Below, one piece after another: positions 49,622 through 62,828 of a stretch of 64,000 nucleotides of DNA (within the stretch, counting starts at the first letter, position 1; every line of letters starts with the position of its first letter). Location of the stretch: assembly GCF_056712565.1 (NCBI RefSeq), contig NZ_CM160072.1. One strand, 5' to 3'. The position numbers were made by a program, and so were the translations under genes. The notes below the pieces were generated by a model that was not told the origin of the DNA, searched no databases, and saw only the letters and a list, made by a program, of their open reading frames with translations.

Positions 49622-50146
49622 ATGACACAACCTCTTTTTCTGATCGGGCCTCGGGGCTGTGGTAAAACAACGGTCGGAATGGCCCTTGCCGATTCGCTTA
49701 ACCGTCGGTTTGTCGATACCGACCTGTGGTTGCAATCACAGCTCAATATGACGGTCGCGGAGATCGTCGAAAGGGAAGAGTGGGCGGGATTCCGCGCCAG
49801 AGAAACGGCGGCGCTGGAAGCGGTAACTGCGCCATCCACCGTTATCGCTACAGGCGGCGGCATTATTCTGACGGAATTTAATCGTCACTTCATGCAAAAT
49901 AACGGGATCGTGGTTTATTTGTGTGCGCCAGTATCAGTCCTGGTTAACCGACTGCAAGCTGCACCGGAAGAAGATTTACGGCCAACCTTAACGGGAAAAC
50001 CACTGAGCGAAGAAGTTCAGGAAGTGCTGGAAGAACGCGATGCGCTATATCGCGAAGTTGCGCATATTATCATCGACGCAACAAACGAACCCAGCCAGGT
50101 GATTTCTGAAATTCGCAGCGCTCTGGCACAGACGATCAATTGTTGA
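49622..50146 (+). CDS. aroL: Shikimate kinase II
   Basis: 174 aa; Walker [10 protein letters not shown]. Confidence 0.92.
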   Translation: MTQPLFLIGPRGCGKTTVGMALADSLNRRFVDTDLWLQSQLNMTVAEIVEREEWAGFRARETAALEAVTAPSTVIATGGGIILTEFNRHFMQNNGIVVYLCAPVSVLVNRLQAAPEEDLRPTLTGKPLSEEVQEVLEERDALYREVAHIIIDATNEPSQVISEIRSALAQTINC

Positions 50147-50186
50147 TTTTCGAGCGCCTATACTTAACGTTCATCCCGTGAAATAA

Positions 50187-50387
<201 letters not shown>

Positions 50388-50644
50388 CCGCATCAGACTG
50401 CTCGGAAGGGATTCTGAGTGCCGCCACAAGGGATCTGCGTCACATTTTTCACAATTCATGTTTTTCAAATAATTAGAATATTAAACAATAACAATCCATT
50501 ACTGGAATCATTTGGAATCTTTACATTATGCAGTGCAGGTCTGCTGCTACGCTTTTTGTCATTTGTAGCACAAGTAAGTGTCAGCAGTGGTGCTTAACAC
50601 TTGCCCGGTAATTAACGACGAAATAAAAGTAAGGTGGAAGAACA

Positions 50645-51322
50645 ATGAGTGCGTCGTTGGCGATCCTGACTATCGGCATTGTACCTATGCAGGAAGTTTT
50701 GCCGCTCCTGACAGAATACATTGACGAAGATAATATTTCCCATCATAGCCTGCTGGGGAAGTTAAGCCGCGAAGAAGTGATGGCGGAGTACGCGCCAGAA
50801 GCAGGCGAAGACACAATTCTCACATTATTAAATGACAACCATCTGGCCCATGTTTCGCGTCGCAAAGTGGAGCGAGACCTGCAAGGTGTGGTTGAAGTGC
50901 TCGATAATCAGGGTTACGACGTCATTATATTAATGAGTACAGCAAACATTAGTAGTATGACCGCGCGTAATACGATCTTTCTTGAGCCGTCGCGGATATT
51001 GCCACCGCTGGTTTCCTCTATTGTTGAAGATCATCAGGTGGGGGTTATCGTACCGGTTGAGGAGTTGCTGACCGTTCAGGCGCAAAAATGGCAAATTTTG
51101 CAGAAACCGCCAGTATTTTCATTGGGTAACCCCATTCATGATTCGGAACAAAAAATCATTGATGCCGGGAAAGAATTACTGGCAAAAGGTGCAGATGTCA
51201 TCATGCTGGATTGTTTGGGATTTAACCAGCGTCATCGCGATTTACTGCAAAAACAGCTCGATGTTCCTGTCTTGCTCTCTAACGTATTGATTGCACGGCT
51301 GGCTGCGGAATTACTAATGTAA
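50645..51322 (+). CDS. aroM: AroM family protein
   Basis: 225-aa ORF in aroL-yaiA-aroM arrangement. Confidence 0.8.
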   Translation: MSASLAILTIGIVPMQEVLPLLTEYIDEDNISHHSLLGKLSREEVMAEYAPEAGEDTILTLLNDNHLAHVSRRKVERDLQGVVEVLDNQGYDVIILMSTANISSMTARNTIFLEPSRILPPLVSSIVEDHQVGVIVPVEELLTVQAQKWQILQKPPVFSLGNPIHDSEQKIIDAGKELLAKGADVIMLDCLGFNQRHRDLLQKQLDVPVLLSNVLIARLAAELLM

Positions 51323-51393
51323 TTTTGCGTGACAGCCAGCGCCTCTGGCCCCTATAGTGAAGTAGATGTTCAACTACCAGACAGGGCCAGTTT

Positions 51394-51678
51394 ATGCTTC
51401 AAAGTAATGAGTACTTTTCCGGCAAAGTGAAATCGATCGGCTTTTCCAGCAGCAGCACTGGTCGCGCCAGCGTGGGTGTTATGGTTGAAGGTGAATACAC
51501 CTTCAGCACCGCTGAGCCTGAAGAGATGACGGTAATCAGTGGCGCGCTGAATGTGTTACTGCCTGACGCGACCGACTGGCAAGTGTATGAAGCCGGTTCG
51601 GTGTTTAATGTTCCCGGTCACAGCGAGTTTCATCTGCAAGTTGCCGAACCCACCTCTTATCTGTGCCGCTATCTGTAA
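51394..51678 (+). CDS. ppnP: Pyrimidine/purine nucleoside phosphorylase (cupin, UPF0345)
   Basis: 94-aa [20 protein letters not shown]. Confidence 0.8.
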
Positions 51679-51684
51679 TTCCTC

Positions 51685-51715
51685 GCCTTCCCCTTGAACG
51701 GGAGGGCATTTTTCT
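51685..51715 (+). terminator. Terminator hairpin after ppnP
   Basis: gccttccc / cttgaac / gggagggc (one G-U pair) followed by atttttctg. Confidence 0.5.
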
Positions 51716-51885
51716 GAAATGTCCTCTCTTTAACCCATAATAATATTTCCTTTGCTGGGATTTTTTCGATTTCCGATATATTCATAATTCATCAAGGTTG
51801 ATATAAATATCAGCGAAGATCTCCAGATATTGTTGCGGAACTGGCGACGATAAAAGATAAATCAGATGATGAATGGTGGCGTGCA

Positions 51886-52167
51886 TTGCTGCAAAGTCGC
51901 AATGATCATTTGCGCCAAACGGCATTGCACAACGCACATACCCCGGTGTTGTTGTTAACGACATTGACTGAGCCTCAGGAGCGGTCGCTGGCTATTAATA
52001 ATTCACAGCTGGCTGCCGATGTGAAAACGGCGTGGTTAAAAGAGGAGCCATCATTACTCTTATTTGTCGAACAACCCGATCTTTCGCTGTTACGTGATTT
52101 AGTGAAAACCGGGGCAACGCGAAAAATTCGCAGTGAAGCGCGTCACCGGCTTGAGGAAAAACAATGA
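51886..52167 (+). CDS. Hypothetical protein or gene remnant (ykiA-like)
   Basis: Frame is open from 51802 but has no ATG before the TTG at 51886; leucine-rich 93-aa product; no recognisable RBS. Confidence 0.3.
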   Translation: MLQSRNDHLRQTALHNAHTPVLLLTTLTEPQERSLAINNSQLAADVKTAWLKEEPSLLLFVEQPDLSLLRDLVKTGATRKIRSEARHRLEEKQ

Positions 52168-52272
52168 CACAACGCCCCTGGAGCAAGTTACAGCATAAAA
52201 CGCATAATATTGCTGCGCTAAGAATTATTGCCCGCTGTAGCTAACGATTATATTCCTGGTGTGGCTTTGTAC

Positions 52273-52305
52273 GCCGGATAAGACGCGGCAGGCGTCGCAT
52301 CCGGC
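52273..52305. repeat. REP element downstream of rdgC
   Basis: gccggataagacgcggcaggcgtcgcatccggc. Confidence 0.7.
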
Positions 52306-52324
52306 ATTAAAGGTAAATCAGCAA

Positions 52325-53236
52325 TTAACGTTGTGCTTCGCCACCTAATCCTTCAATCAGGTTTTGAATTAACGCTGCCAGTTCACCAGTCATCAGGATG
52401 AAATCGGCATCAAAGCGCTGGGCGAAATCTTCACGGTCGATATCTTCGTTTTGATCGCGCAGCTCGTCGCAGAACTTCAGACGCTTGAGCGAACCATCGT
52501 CGCACATCACAAACTGAATGCGCTGCTGCCAGTCAAGCGCCAGTTTAGTCACCACTTTTCCGGCTTCAATGTGGTTGGTGATCTCTTCGCTGGTCAGATC
52601 TTGTTTCTTCGCGCGGATCACGCCGCCATCTTCCAGCAACGATTTCAGCTCGGCTTCATCAAGCAGCTGGAAGCCCTGTGCCGCGCTGCCGGAACGTACC
52701 CATTCGGTCAGCGTCAGTTCAATCGGGTTTTCCATGCTCAATGGTACAACCGGTAACGACCCCAGGCTTTTACGCAGCAGTGCCAGCGTATCTTCCGCTT
52801 TTTTGGCGCTGGCGCAGTCCACCATAATCAAACCGTTAACCGTGTCGATCCACATCATTGTCTGGCTAAAACGGCTGAAAGCACGCGGCAGCAGAGAGTG
52901 CAGCACTTCGTCTTTCAGCGAATCTTTTTCGGTTTTCTTCAGCTTACGCGCCTGTTCTGCTTCCAGTTTGGCGATTTTCGCTTCCAGCGCCTGTTTAATC
53001 ACCGGGGACGGGAGGATTTTTTCTTCTTTGCGCGCACAGATAACAATTTGACCATTGGCAACGTGCGTTAACGCATCGCTGTGCGATCCCATCGGAGGTA
53101 CCCAGCCCATCTTCGCCATGTCCTGGCTGCCGCATGGGGTAAATGCCATCGAGGCTAGCTGTTTTTCCATCTCTTCTGCACGCAGCGAAATCTCGCGGCT
53201 AAGACGGTAAACCATTAAATTTTTGAACCACAGCAT
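52325..53236 (-). CDS. rdgC: Recombination-associated protein RdgC
   Basis: Start at [12 protein letters not shown]; 303 aa; track ORF extended 24 codons. Confidence 0.9.
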
Positions 53237-53360
53237 GATAATTTCCACGGCCTTGTCGTTAAATTTAGCGGGCATGATAACGAATTGTCGGCGGCCTTGC
53301 ATTGCCAATCCGGTTGTCCGTCTCTACGCTATTGATATTGAAAAAAATAAGGAGAGTACC

Positions 53361-54269
53361 GTGCGTATAGGTATCGATTTAGGCGGCACCAAAACTGAAG
53401 TGATTGCATTGGGCGATGCAGGGGAGCAGTTGTACCGCCATCGTCTGCCCACGCCGCGTGATGATTACCGGCAGACTATTGAAACGATCGCCACGTTGGT
53501 TGATATGGCGGAGCAGGCAACAGGGCAGCGCGGAACGGTAGGTATGGGCATTCCAGGTTCGATTTCGCCCTACACCGGCGTGGTGAAGAATGCCAATTCA
53601 ACCTGGCTCAACGGTCAGCCATTCGATAAAGACTTAAGCGCGCGGTTGCAGCGGGAAGTGCGGCTGGCAAATGACGCCAACTGTCTGGCGGTTTCAGAAG
53701 CGGTAGATGGCGCGGCAGCGGGAGCGCAGACGGTATTTGCCGTGATTATCGGCACGGGATGCGGCGCGGGCGTGGCATTCAATGGGCGGGCGCATATCGG
53801 CGGCAATGGCACGGCAGGCGAGTGGGGACACAATCCGCTACCGTGGATGGACGAAGACGAACTGCGTTATCGCGAGGAAGTCCCTTGTTATTGCGGTAAA
53901 CAAGGTTGTATTGAAACCTTTATTTCAGGCACGGGATTCGCGACGGATTATCGTCGTTTGAGCGGACATGCGCTGAAAGGCAGTGAAATTATCCGCCTGG
54001 TTGAAGAAAGCGATCCGGTAGCGGAACTGGCATTGCGTCGCTACGAGCTGCGGCTGGCAAAATCGCTGGCACATGTCGTGAATATTCTCGATCCGGATGT
54101 GATTGTCCTGGGCGGCGGAATGAGCAATGTAGACCGTTTATATCAAACGGTTCCACAGTTGATTAAACAATTTGTCTTCGGCGGAGAATGTGAAACGCCG
54201 GTACGCAAGGCGAAACATGGTGATTCGAGCGGCGTACGCGGCGCTGCATGGTTATGGCCACAAGAGTAA
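53361..54269 (+). CDS. mak: Fructokinase/mannokinase (ROK family)
   Basis: GTG start at [14 protein letters not shown] with RBS aaggagag; ROK zinc motif CYCGKQGC; 302 aa. Confidence 0.88.
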   Translation: MRIGIDLGGTKTEVIALGDAGEQLYRHRLPTPRDDYRQTIETIATLVDMAEQATGQRGTVGMGIPGSISPYTGVVKNANSTWLNGQPFDKDLSARLQREVRLANDANCLAVSEAVDGAAAGAQTVFAVIIGTGCGAGVAFNGRAHIGGNGTAGEWGHNPLPWMDEDELRYREEVPCYCGKQGCIETFISGTGFATDYRRLSGHALKGSEIIRLVEESDPVAELALRRYELRLAKSLAHVVNILDPDVIVLGGGMSNVDRLYQTVPQLIKQFVFGGECETPVRKAKHGDSSGVRGAAWLWPQE

Positions 54270-54289
54270 AAAAACCAGGCAATTGGCGT

Positions 54290-54530
54290 ATCATGCCTGA
54301 TGCGACGCTTGCCGCGTCTTATCAGGCCTACAAAGTGAGCCGTCCGGTAGGCCGGATAAGGCGCTCGCGCCGCATCCGACAACAAATAACGCGCACAGTG
54401 GCGGCAACCCCCCAGTGCTCCGATGCCTGATGCGACACTGGCGTGTCTTATCAGGCCTACAAAATGAACAGTCCCGTAGGCCGGATAAGGCGTTCACGCC
54501 GCATCCGGCAACAAGCGATGCGCACTGCGA
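54290..54530. repeat. REP/BIME cluster (four REP copies) between mak and araJ
   Basis: Alternating gcctgatgcgacgct...cgtcttatcaggcctac and ggccggataaggcgctcgcgccgcatccgaca units. Confidence 0.8.
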
Positions 54531-54537
54531 CTGCTAT

Positions 54538-55722
54538 CTACCCCAGTGGTTTCGCCAGCACCGAACTATCCGCCGCTTGCTGGCGCTTATAGCGACCATA
54601 CAGCAGCAACGACGACATCGCAGCAAACGAAAGCAGGGCGGCGGGCAGCGCCACGTAATTATATGCCAGCCCCAGCGTCAGCATCATACCACCGCAATAT
54701 GCGCCGACGGCGCTACCGAGGTTAAACGCTATTTGCCCACCTGCGGCACCTAATAACTCTCCGCCTTTGGCATTTTGCAGTAATAATATTTGTAGAGGTG
54801 CTGATAGGGCAAATAATCCCGCGCAACAAATAAAAGCAAAAATAAGCGACGTTGTTTTCATACCGCCGAAGAAAAAGAGCATCAGCAGTGCCAGTACAAT
54901 GATAAAGTCAGTCACTGCTGCAATGCGCAGTGGTGAATAACGTCCTGAAATCCTGCCACTTAGCATATTCCCCAGCACCATCCCTAGCCCAACTAACATC
55001 ATAATAAAGGTCATCGCCGTTTCCGAAAAACCGGAAATAAACATCATGTATGGCTTTACGTAGCTGAACCAGGCAAACACACCTGCGTTGCCAAACATCG
55101 TAGCGGCGAAAATTAACCACGGGGCAGGGCTGCGTAAAAAGTGAAATTGTTCGCGTAGTTTTCCTTTCGCCTCGTCGCGAATATCCGGCACCCAAAAATA
55201 GACCGATGCCATCACCGCAATATTAAAAACAGCGATCAACAAAAAGGTGTAGCGCCAGCTAAATTCCTGACTTAAATACGTTCCCAGTGGAATGCCCAGC
55301 AAATTGGCGACTGTCATCCCGGAAACCATCCCTGCCACGGCGGCGGTGACTTTGCCGGGTTTGATAATTTTTGATAACACGATCGCGCCGACGCCAAAAA
55401 ATGCACCATGCGGAAAGCCGGAAACCAGCCGACCAATGGCGAGCATCAGGTAAGACGAAGAGAGCGTGAACATGGCGTTGCCAATGACGCACAACGCCAC
55501 CAGAAACAACAAGATATGTTTGAGTGAGTAGCGGCTGGAAAAAAGCGCGATTATAGGCGCACCGACCACCACCCCCAGCGCATAATACGAGATCATATGC
55601 CCGGCGGCAGGAATCGAAATTCCTACGTTATGCGCCAGCTCCGTGAGCACGCCCATAATGCCAAATTCGGCCATCCCCAAACCAAACGTGCCCAGAGCCA
55701 AAGATAAAATAACTTTTTTCAT
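54538..55722 (-). CDS. araJ: MFS transporter AraJ
   Basis: Start at MKKVILSLALGTFGLGMAEFGIMGVL; 394 aa, 12 TM. Confidence 0.88.
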   Translation of the reverse strand: MKKVILSLALGTFGLGMAEFGIMGVLTELAHNVGISIPAAGHMISYYALGVVVGAPIIALFSSRYSLKHILLFLVALCVIGNAMFTLSSSYLMLAIGRLVSGFPHGAFFGVGAIVLSKIIKPGKVTAAVAGMVSGMTVANLLGIPLGTYLSQEFSWRYTFLLIAVFNIAVMASVYFWVPDIRDEAKGKLREQFHFLRSPAPWLIFAATMFGNAGVFAWFSYVKPYMMFISGFSETAMTFIMMLVGLGMVLGNMLSGRISGRYSPLRIAAVTDFIIVLALLMLFFFGGMKTTSLIFAFICCAGLFALSAPLQILLLQNAKGGELLGAAGGQIAFNLGSAVGAYCGGMMLTLGLAYNYVALPAALLSFAAMSSLLLYGRYKRQQAADSSVLAKPLG

Positions 55723-55847
55723 ACCACCATCACAACCACCAGAACGGCTACCAATCACCGTAGCCAATAAAGTGATAGATTGCAGGATAACGACCAGCGA
55801 GGCCAAGAGATAATTCGCCCCTCTGTATTCATTATCCTGCTGAATAG

Positions 55848-58800
55848 TTATTTCATTGCAAACGCACTTTCCAGTTTGCTGTAGCCCAGTCCATTGATCT
55901 TCTTCACTTTGATCTGCACCGGAATACGCTCTTTCATCGCCTCAACGTGGCTAATCACCCCGATGGTTTTGCCACTGGCATTCAGGGCATCCAACGCATC
56001 AAGGGCGGTATCCAGCGTTTCGCTATCCAGTGTGCCAAAACCTTCATCAAGGAACAGCGAGTCAATACGCGTTTTATGGCTGACCAGATCTGAAAGCGCC
56101 AGTGCCAGCGCCAGACTGACGAGGAAACTTTCGCCGCCGGAAAGGGTACGGGTATCGCGTACCGCATCAGCCTGCCAGGTATCAACAACCTCAACTTCCA
56201 GCGCTTCGCTGGCTTTGCGCTGTAACAGATAGCGCCCGTGTAGCCGGGTGAGTTGCTGATTAGCGAGATGGACTAAATTATCCAGCGTCAGCCCTTGGGC
56301 AAACTTGCGGAATTTATCGCCCTCTTTGGAACCTATTAGCGAATTCAGATATCCCCAGTCCTCAACCTGCTGCGTCATTTGAGCAATTTGCTGCATTAAG
56401 GTTTGTTGTTGCTGACGGTTATCTGCATCCTGCTTCAGCTGCTGGCGAATCTCGCCTTGACTCGTGGTGTTTTCACGCAACTTTTGGTGAGTTTGCGCTA
56501 ACTCTTGCTGAATCTGCTCCACCGTCACAGTGAGAGACAACCCGCCAGGTCGGTGTTGCTGATGCTGTGTCAGCGTTTCTGCTGTCTGAGTGACCAGCGT
56601 TTGCGCCTGACGGCGCTGGTTTTCCAGATTCTGCTTGAGCTGTTCCAGCTGCGTTAGTGTTTGTTCATCCATTAGCGCCGCAAGGAACGCCTGCTGATCG
56701 TCAAAGACGCTCGCCTGTAGCGCGGTGTCAAACTGCGCCTGGGCTTTTTGCAGACTTTGCGCCGCCAGAACATCCTGTTGCTGTAACGTCTGCTGCTGGC
56801 TGTGTAATGCGAGACATTGTTCATGAACCTGCCGCCAGTTTTCCAGCGCCACAGTTTCTTCGCTGTGCGGGAGTTCATCACTTTGCGGCAACGTTTCCAG
56901 AATCGGCGTCAGTTGCTGAATACGGTTTTGCAGCGCGGTTAATTCGTTCTGGCGATGCTGCCAGCTCTGCGCTTCTTGCTGACGCGTCGCCAACCAGCTC
57001 TCTTCTTCATCTTCCTGTGGCAATGTCAGTGCATAACCCGCCAATGCCGTTAAGAGCTGCTGCTGGCGTTGTTCAATTTGCTGTTGATACTGGATAATTT
57101 GCTGATTATGCGCGGCAATCTGCCCTTGTAATTCATGCCGTTGGCTGAGTAACCGCAGCTGGCGTTCGTGCTCATCTTGTGCATCTAGCCACGGTTGAAT
57201 ATCGTCCTGTGGCTGCAAGGTGATATTGAGGCTGGCCGTGACGGCTTGCCATTGTTGAGTAAGTGCTTGCTCATCTTGTCGGAGGCTTTGCGCTTCGTTT
57301 TCATCACGCTGAAGTTGCTTTGTTAAGGCGTCCAGTTGCCCACGTAGCGTCGCACCTTCTTCGCCGAGCTTTTTCACTTCTTTTTCCAGCGTTAATAGCC
57401 GGGCCTGATTAACGCCCGGTTCCAGCGCCTGATACGCCTCGACCGCCGGGTGGCTGGTGGAACCACAAAGTGGACAAGGCTGACCCGCTTGTAACTGCGC
57501 GCGCTGGGCTTCCAGCGTTTTAATGCGAGTTTCCTGCTCGCAAATGGTTTTCACATCGGCAAGTTGTTGCGTTTTTTCTTTATAACGATGGCGCATTTCG
57601 TTAAGTGCGGCATTACGTTGCGTCTGTTCCAGAGTGACATTCTGGATAGCGACCTGTAACTGCGCCAGACGTTTTTGTTGGGGAACAATCTGCCCATGCA
57701 GTGCGACCAGGCGCTGACGCAGTGGGCGTTGCTCAGCATGTTGCGCCAGGGCGCTAGCAACTTCATCGGCGGTTAACGTCAACGTGATCGCCGCAAGTGC
57801 ATTAAGTTTTTGCTCAGCATGAGTTAACTGTTGCTGCCATTGCCGCAGATGCTCGCGATCGCTGGTTTGTTGGGAGAACTGCGCACGCCAACCCGCCAGT
57901 TCGTTGTTCCACTGACGTAAGCGGTCGTGTTCCTGTAACCAGGCATTCAGGCTTTGTTGCTGCTGCTGTAATTCTGCTGACTGCTTCGCCGCGTGGTGGC
58001 GAATGCTCGCACGAAGCGCCATTGTGCTCTGTAAGCGAGTATTTACTTCTTCAATCTGCTGGCGAGTATGCGCCAGCGCCGTGCTGTATTCTGCGATGCG
58101 TTCCCAGTGCGGACGAAGATTTCGTGCCGGTTGTGCCAGACTGAGCGCCGCCAGTTGAGGTTGCGCTTTTTCTTCTTCGGCTAACGCCTGTTGCAAGGCC
58201 TGTTGACGGCGGCTGCCTTCTTGCTGCAATTCGTCCAGACGCGTTAACCAGTTTAGCGATTGTTGTTCTTGCTGCTGCGCGGTAATTAACTGTTTTTCTT
58301 CGTCAGTAAGTACCTGCAAACTCGCTGTCAGCGATTGCACTTGTTCTGGCGTGAGCAACGCGACGCCGCTGGCCTGCGCTTGCAGCTTCTCCAGCTCTGT
58401 GCGGGCCGATTTGTGCTGCTCAAAAACCATCGCCGAGATTTGCCCGTAGATTTCAGTGCCGGTTAACTCCTCGAGCAATTCTGCGCGTTCTTTGGGTTTG
58501 GCATTCAGGAAGGCAGCAAATTGCCCCTGCGAAAGCAGCATCGAACGGGTGAAGCGCCCGTAATCCAGTCCGGTTAACGTCGCCGTCAGTTCCAGCTTAT
58601 CTTTCACTTTGTCGGCGAGAATTTTGCCGTCTGCACAGCGCGCCAGCTCTACGCGTGGCACCTGCAAATTACCGTCCGGCTGGTTACGCGCCCGATTCTG
58701 GCTCCAGAACGCGCGATACGCTTCACCTTTGACTTCAAACTCCACTTCCGCCAGACATTCGGCGGTATCGCGGGTCATGAGATCATTTTGCGATTGTGAA

Positions 58801-58991
58801 ACGTTAGAGAGGCGCGGGGTTTCGTGATACAGCGCCAGACAAATGGCGTCCAGCAGGGTGGTTTTCCCCGCACCGGTTGGGCCGGTAATAGCAAACAGCC
58901 CGTTGCTGGCGAACGGCTCGCGGGTGAAATCAATCTTCCATTCGCCTTTTAATGAGTTCAGGTTTTTCAGGCGCAGGCTGAGAATTTTCAT
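55848..58991 (-). CDS. sbcC: SbcCD nuclease ATPase subunit (SMC-like)
   Basis: 1047 aa; N-terminal Walker [10 protein letters not shown], long coiled coil with CPLCGS zinc hook, C-terminal signature LSGGESF and DEGFGTLD. Confidence 0.93.
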   Translation of the reverse strand: MKILSLRLKNLNSLKGEWKIDFTREPFASNGLFAITGPTGAGKTTLLDAICLALYHETPRLSNVSQSQNDLMTRDTAECLAEVEFEVKGEAYRAFWSQNRARNQPDGNLQVPRVELARCADGKILADKVKDKLELTATLTGLDYGRFTRSMLLSQGQFAAFLNAKPKERAELLEELTGTEIYGQISAMVFEQHKSARTELEKLQAQASGVALLTPEQVQSLTASLQVLTDEEKQLITAQQQEQQSLNWLTRLDELQQEGSRRQQALQQALAEEEKAQPQLAALSLAQPARNLRPHWERIAEYSTALAHTRQQIEEVNTRLQSTMALRASIRHHAAKQSAELQQQQQSLNAWLQEHDRLRQWNNELAGWRAQFSQQTSDREHLRQWQQQLTHAEQKLNALAAITLTLTADEVASALAQHAEQRPLRQRLVALHGQIVPQQKRLAQLQVAIQNVTLEQTQRNAALNEMRHRYKEKTQQLADVKTICEQETRIKTLEAQRAQLQAGQPCPLCGSTSHPAVEAYQALEPGVNQARLLTLEKEVKKLGEEGATLRGQLDALTKQLQRDENEAQSLRQDEQALTQQWQAVTASLNITLQPQDDIQPWLDAQDEHERQLRLLSQRHELQGQIAAHNQQIIQYQQQIEQRQQQLLTALAGYALTLPQEDEEESWLATRQQEAQSWQHRQNELTALQNRIQQLTPILETLPQSDELPHSEETVALENWRQVHEQCLALHSQQQTLQQQDVLAAQSLQKAQAQFDTALQASVFDDQQAFLAALMDEQTLTQLEQLKQNLENQRRQAQTLVTQTAETLTQHQQHRPGGLSLTVTVEQIQQELAQTHQKLRENTTSQGEIRQQLKQDADNRQQQQTLMQQIAQMTQQVEDWGYLNSLIGSKEGDKFRKFAQGLTLDNLVHLANQQLTRLHGRYLLQRKASEALEVEVVDTWQADAVRDTRTLSGGESFLVSLALALALSDLVSHKTRIDSLFLDEGFGTLDSETLDTALDALDALNASGKTIGVISHVEAMKERIPVQIKVKKINGLGYSKLESAFAMK

Positions 58992-60190
58992 GCTTCGTGT
59001 TCTCCGGCGAGGCTATGCAACGTCGTGGCGAAAAGATGCTGCAGACGTTGCTGCTGTGATTCATCCAGTTCTTCCAGTGCCAGACGGCGATTGAACACCT
59101 CTTCGACGCTGAGTTCGCTGAGGGTTTCACGCTGTTGGCTGGCTAACACACGCTCGCGCTGTTCACGACTCCGGCGTACCAGCAATACTTCGACAGGCAA
59201 TGATTCGGTTAATGCCTGGATTTTGCGCTGAATATCATGCAGATACTCATCAGTAGTGATTTCGATATCCAGCCAGACAGGCGGCTCCTGTGATATATCG
59301 CGCCACTGTTCCAGCTGTGCGGTAATCGACGCCAGATCGCCTTTCAGCACCGCCATGGGTTGCGTTACCGGTACGTTCAGGTTTTCCACGCTCTCTAATT
59401 TGCCGTTTGAAAATGTCACCAGATGGACATATTTACTCTTACCGCATTCATCAAAACTCAGTGGTATGGGGGAACCGCAATAGCGAACATGTTCCATGCC
59501 GCCAATAATCTGCGCGCGGTGAATATGCCCGAGCGCGATGTAGTCGGCTGGTGGAAAGTTTTGTGCCGGAAACGCGTCCAGCGTGCCAATATAAATGTCA
59601 CGCACGGCGTCACTTTTACTGGCACCCACGGTCGTTAAATGTCCAGTGGTGATGATGGGCAGAGGCTGAGCGCCGCGCAGTTTGCAGGCATCGGCATAAT
59701 GTTGTTGATAATAATCAGTAATAGCCGCCAGCAAATGCTGCTGTTTTTCAATACCGTTAAGCCCCGCCTGGCTGGTAATAATGTCACGCGGGCGTAAAAA
59801 AGGTATGGGACACAGCACCGCGCCTGGCGTCCCGTCGCGACGGGGCAATATTTGCGGCGCATGTCCGGCGCTGGCGACCACGGTAGTATTGAGGAACGCC
59901 ATGATATCGCGCGATTCATTCAGCGTGGCGACCGAGTCATGGTTTCCTGCCAGTACCACCAGATGACAGCCAGTTTGCTGTAAATTGACAACAAAACGGT
60001 TGTATAACGTGCGGGCGTAACTGGGCGGCGAGCCGGTATCGAAAACATCACCGGCAACAATAATCGCATCCACCTGATGGGCTTGTGCTGTCTCCAGCAG
60101 CCAGTCAAGAAAAGCCTGATGTTCGGCTTCGCGGCTTTTACTGTAGAAGTTCTGGCCGAGATGCCAGTCTGAGGTGTGAAGGATGCGCAT
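58988..60190 (-). CDS. sbcD: SbcCD nuclease subunit (Mre11-like phosphoesterase)
   Basis: Start at [12 protein letters not shown]; GDVFD and GNHD phosphoesterase motifs; 4-bp overlap with sbcC. Confidence 0.93.
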   Translation of the reverse strand: MRILHTSDWHLGQNFYSKSREAEHQAFLDWLLETAQAHQVDAIIVAGDVFDTGSPPSYARTLYNRFVVNLQQTGCHLVVLAGNHDSVATLNESRDIMAFLNTTVVASAGHAPQILPRRDGTPGAVLCPIPFLRPRDIITSQAGLNGIEKQQHLLAAITDYYQQHYADACKLRGAQPLPIITTGHLTTVGASKSDAVRDIYIGTLDAFPAQNFPPADYIALGHIHRAQIIGGMEHVRYCGSPIPLSFDECGKSKYVHLVTFSNGKLESVENLNVPVTQPMAVLKGDLASITAQLEQWRDISQEPPVWLDIEITTDEYLHDIQRKIQALTESLPVEVLLVRRSREQRERVLASQQRETLSELSVEEVFNRRLALEELDESQQQRLQHLFATTLHSLAGEHEA

Positions 60191-60298
60191 AACGGTTCCC
60201 TGGCGAAAAAGCATGGGCGCGATTATACCCAAACAGATGTGCCATTTGCTTTTTTCTGCGCCACGGAAATCAATAACCTGAAGATATGTGCGACGAGC

Positions 60299-60327
60299 TT
60301 TTCATAAATCTGTCATAAATCTGACGC
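60299..60327 (+). promoter_or_regulatory. Pho boxes of phoBR promoter
   Basis: ttttcat aaat ctgtcat aaat ctgacgc: three 7-bp PhoB half-sites at 11-bp periodicity. Confidence 0.8.
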
Positions 60328-60379
60328 ATAATGACGTCGCATTAATGATCGCAACCTATTTATTACAACAGGGCAAATC

Positions 60380-61069
60380 ATGGCGAGACGTATTCTGGTC
60401 GTAGAAGATGAAGCTCCAATTCGCGAAATGGTCTGCTTCGTGCTCGAACAAAATGGCTTTCAGCCGGTCGAAGCGGAAGATTATGACAGTGCTGTGAATC
60501 AACTGAATGAACCCTGGCCGGATTTAATTCTCCTTGACTGGATGTTACCTGGCGGCTCCGGTATCCAGTTCATCAAACACCTCAAGCGCGAGTCGATGAC
60601 CCGGGATATTCCAGTGGTGATGTTGACCGCCAGAGGGGAAGAAGAAGATCGCGTGCGCGGCCTTGAAACCGGTGCGGATGACTATATCACCAAGCCGTTT
60701 TCTCCGAAGGAGCTGGTGGCGCGAATCAAAGCGGTAATGCGCCGTATTTCGCCAATGGCGGTGGAAGAGGTGATCGAGATGCAGGGGCTAAGTCTGGACC
60801 CGACATCTCACCGGGTGATGGCGGGCGAAGAACCGCTGGAGATGGGGCCGACAGAATTTAAACTGCTGCACTTTTTTATGACGCATCCTGAGCGCGTGTA
60901 CAGTCGCGAGCAACTGTTAAATCACGTATGGGGAACCAACGTGTATGTGGAAGATCGTACGGTCGATGTCCACATTCGTCGCCTGCGTAAAGCACTGGAG
61001 CCCGGCGGGCATGACCGCATGGTGCAGACCGTGCGCGGTACAGGGTATCGTTTTTCAACCCGCTTTTAA
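60380..61069 (+). CDS. phoB: Phosphate regulon response regulator
   Basis: 229 aa; receiver domain ([10 protein letters not shown]) and OmpR-type winged helix. Confidence 0.95.
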
Positions 61070-61126
61070 GGCCTTGCTCATCGGACGTAGAGCAGGGCTT
61101 ATGATTTCTTAACTGGAGTATCTTAC

Positions 61127-62422
61127 GTGCTGGAACGGCTGTCGTGGAAAAGGCTGGTGCTGGAGCTGCTACTTTGCTGCCTCCCGGCTTTCATCCTGGG
61201 TGCATTTTTTGGTTACCTGCCCTGGTTTTTGCTGGCATCGGTAACAGGACTGCTTATCTGGCATTTCTGGAATTTATTGCGCCTTTCATGGTGGCTGTGG
61301 GTGGATCGTAGTATGACCCCGCCACCGGGGCGTGGTAGCTGGGAACCGCTACTATACGGCTTACACCAGATGCAGCTGCGAAATAAAAAACGCCGCCGTG
61401 AACTGGGCAATCTGATTAAACGCTTTCGTAGCGGCGCGGAGTCGCTGCCCGACGCGGTGGTGCTGACCACGGAAGAGGGCGGTATTTTCTGGTGCAACGG
61501 TCTGGCGCAACAGATTCTTGGCTTGCGCTGGCCGGAAGATAACGGGCAGAACATCCTTAACTTGCTGCGTTACCCGGAGTTTACGCAATATCTGAAAATG
61601 CGTGATTTCTCTCGCCCGCTCAATCTGGTGCTCAATACCGGGCGGCATCTGGAGATTCGCGTCATGCCTTATACCCACAAACAGTTGCTGATGGTGGCGC
61701 GAGATGTCACGCAAATGCATCAACTGGAAGGGGCGCGGCGTAACTTTTTTGCCAACGTGAGCCATGAGTTACGTACGCCATTGACCGTGTTACAGGGTTA
61801 CCTGGAGATGATGGATGAGCAACCGCTGGAAGGCGCGGTACGTGAAAAAGCGTTGCACACCATGCGCGAGCAGACCCAGCGGATGGAAGGGTTGGTGAAG
61901 CAATTGCTGACGCTGTCGAAAATAGAAGCCGCACCGACGCATTTGCTCAATGAAAAGGTTGATGTGCCGATGATGCTGCGCGTCGTTGAGCGCGAGGCTC
62001 AGACTCTGAGTCAGAAAAAACAGACATTTACCTTTGAGATAGATAACGGCCTCAAGGTGTCAGGCAACGAAGATCAGCTACGCAGTGCGATTTCGAACCT
62101 GGTCTATAACGCCGTGAATCATACGCCGGAAGGCACGCATATCACCGTACGCTGGCAGCGAGTGCCGCACGGTGCCGAATTTAGTGTTGAAGATAACGGA
62201 CCGGGCATTGCACCGGAGCATATTCCGCGCCTGACCGAGCGTTTTTATCGCGTTGATAAAGCGCGTTCCCGGCAAACCGGCGGTAGCGGATTAGGGTTAG
62301 CGATCGTGAAACATGCGGTGAATCATCACGAAAGTCGCCTGAATATTGAGAGTACAGTAGGAAAAGGTACACGTTTCAGTTTTGTTATCCCGGAACGTTT
62401 AATTGCCAAAAACAGCGATTAA
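61127..62422 (+). CDS. phoR: Phosphate regulon sensor histidine kinase
   Basis: 431 aa; N-terminal TM helices, H-box [11 protein letters not shown]-box [11 protein letters not shown]. Confidence 0.95.
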   Translation: MLERLSWKRLVLELLLCCLPAFILGAFFGYLPWFLLASVTGLLIWHFWNLLRLSWWLWVDRSMTPPPGRGSWEPLLYGLHQMQLRNKKRRRELGNLIKRFRSGAESLPDAVVLTTEEGGIFWCNGLAQQILGLRWPEDNGQNILNLLRYPEFTQYLKMRDFSRPLNLVLNTGRHLEIRVMPYTHKQLLMVARDVTQMHQLEGARRNFFANVSHELRTPLTVLQGYLEMMDEQPLEGAVREKALHTMREQTQRMEGLVKQLLTLSKIEAAPTHLLNEKVDVPMMLRVVEREAQTLSQKKQTFTFEIDNGLKVSGNEDQLRSAISNLVYNAVNHTPEGTHITVRWQRVPHGAEFSVEDNGPGIAPEHIPRLTERFYRVDKARSRQTGGSGLGLAIVKHAVNHHESRLNIESTVGKGTRFSFVIPERLIAKNSD

Positions 62423-62449
62423 TTCGCCTTTGTCATCTTTTATTGCCAT

Positions 62450-62478
62450 AAGCCAGCCGATGCTGGCTTATTTTCTTT
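62450..62478 (+). terminator. Rho-independent terminator after phoR
   Basis: aagccagc cgat gctggctt followed by attttcttt. Confidence 0.7.
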
Positions 62479-62828
62479 GCAGTCGAAATACGGGCGTTAG
62501 ATTTTACAACGGTTGGTGATTTTTTGTTCGCATGATTAGCCATGTCTTTTTCACGGAAATAGTGTTTTGTACTGGTTGGTGATTTCTTATCGCTATATAC
62601 CTCTGGTTTTTAGATCCCTTCTTGCTTTAAAACGTTATAAGCGTTTAAATTGCGCTTCAGGTGCTGTCATACTGACTGCATTCACGCGGTAAATCGAAAA
62701 ACTATTCTTCGCCGCGCCTGGTTGGGAGTATTTCCCGCTAAAATTGTTTAAATATACCGCTGTATCATCCCCAGGGATTGGCACAAAAATTTAACGTTAC
62801 AACACCACATCCACAGGCAGTATGATTT

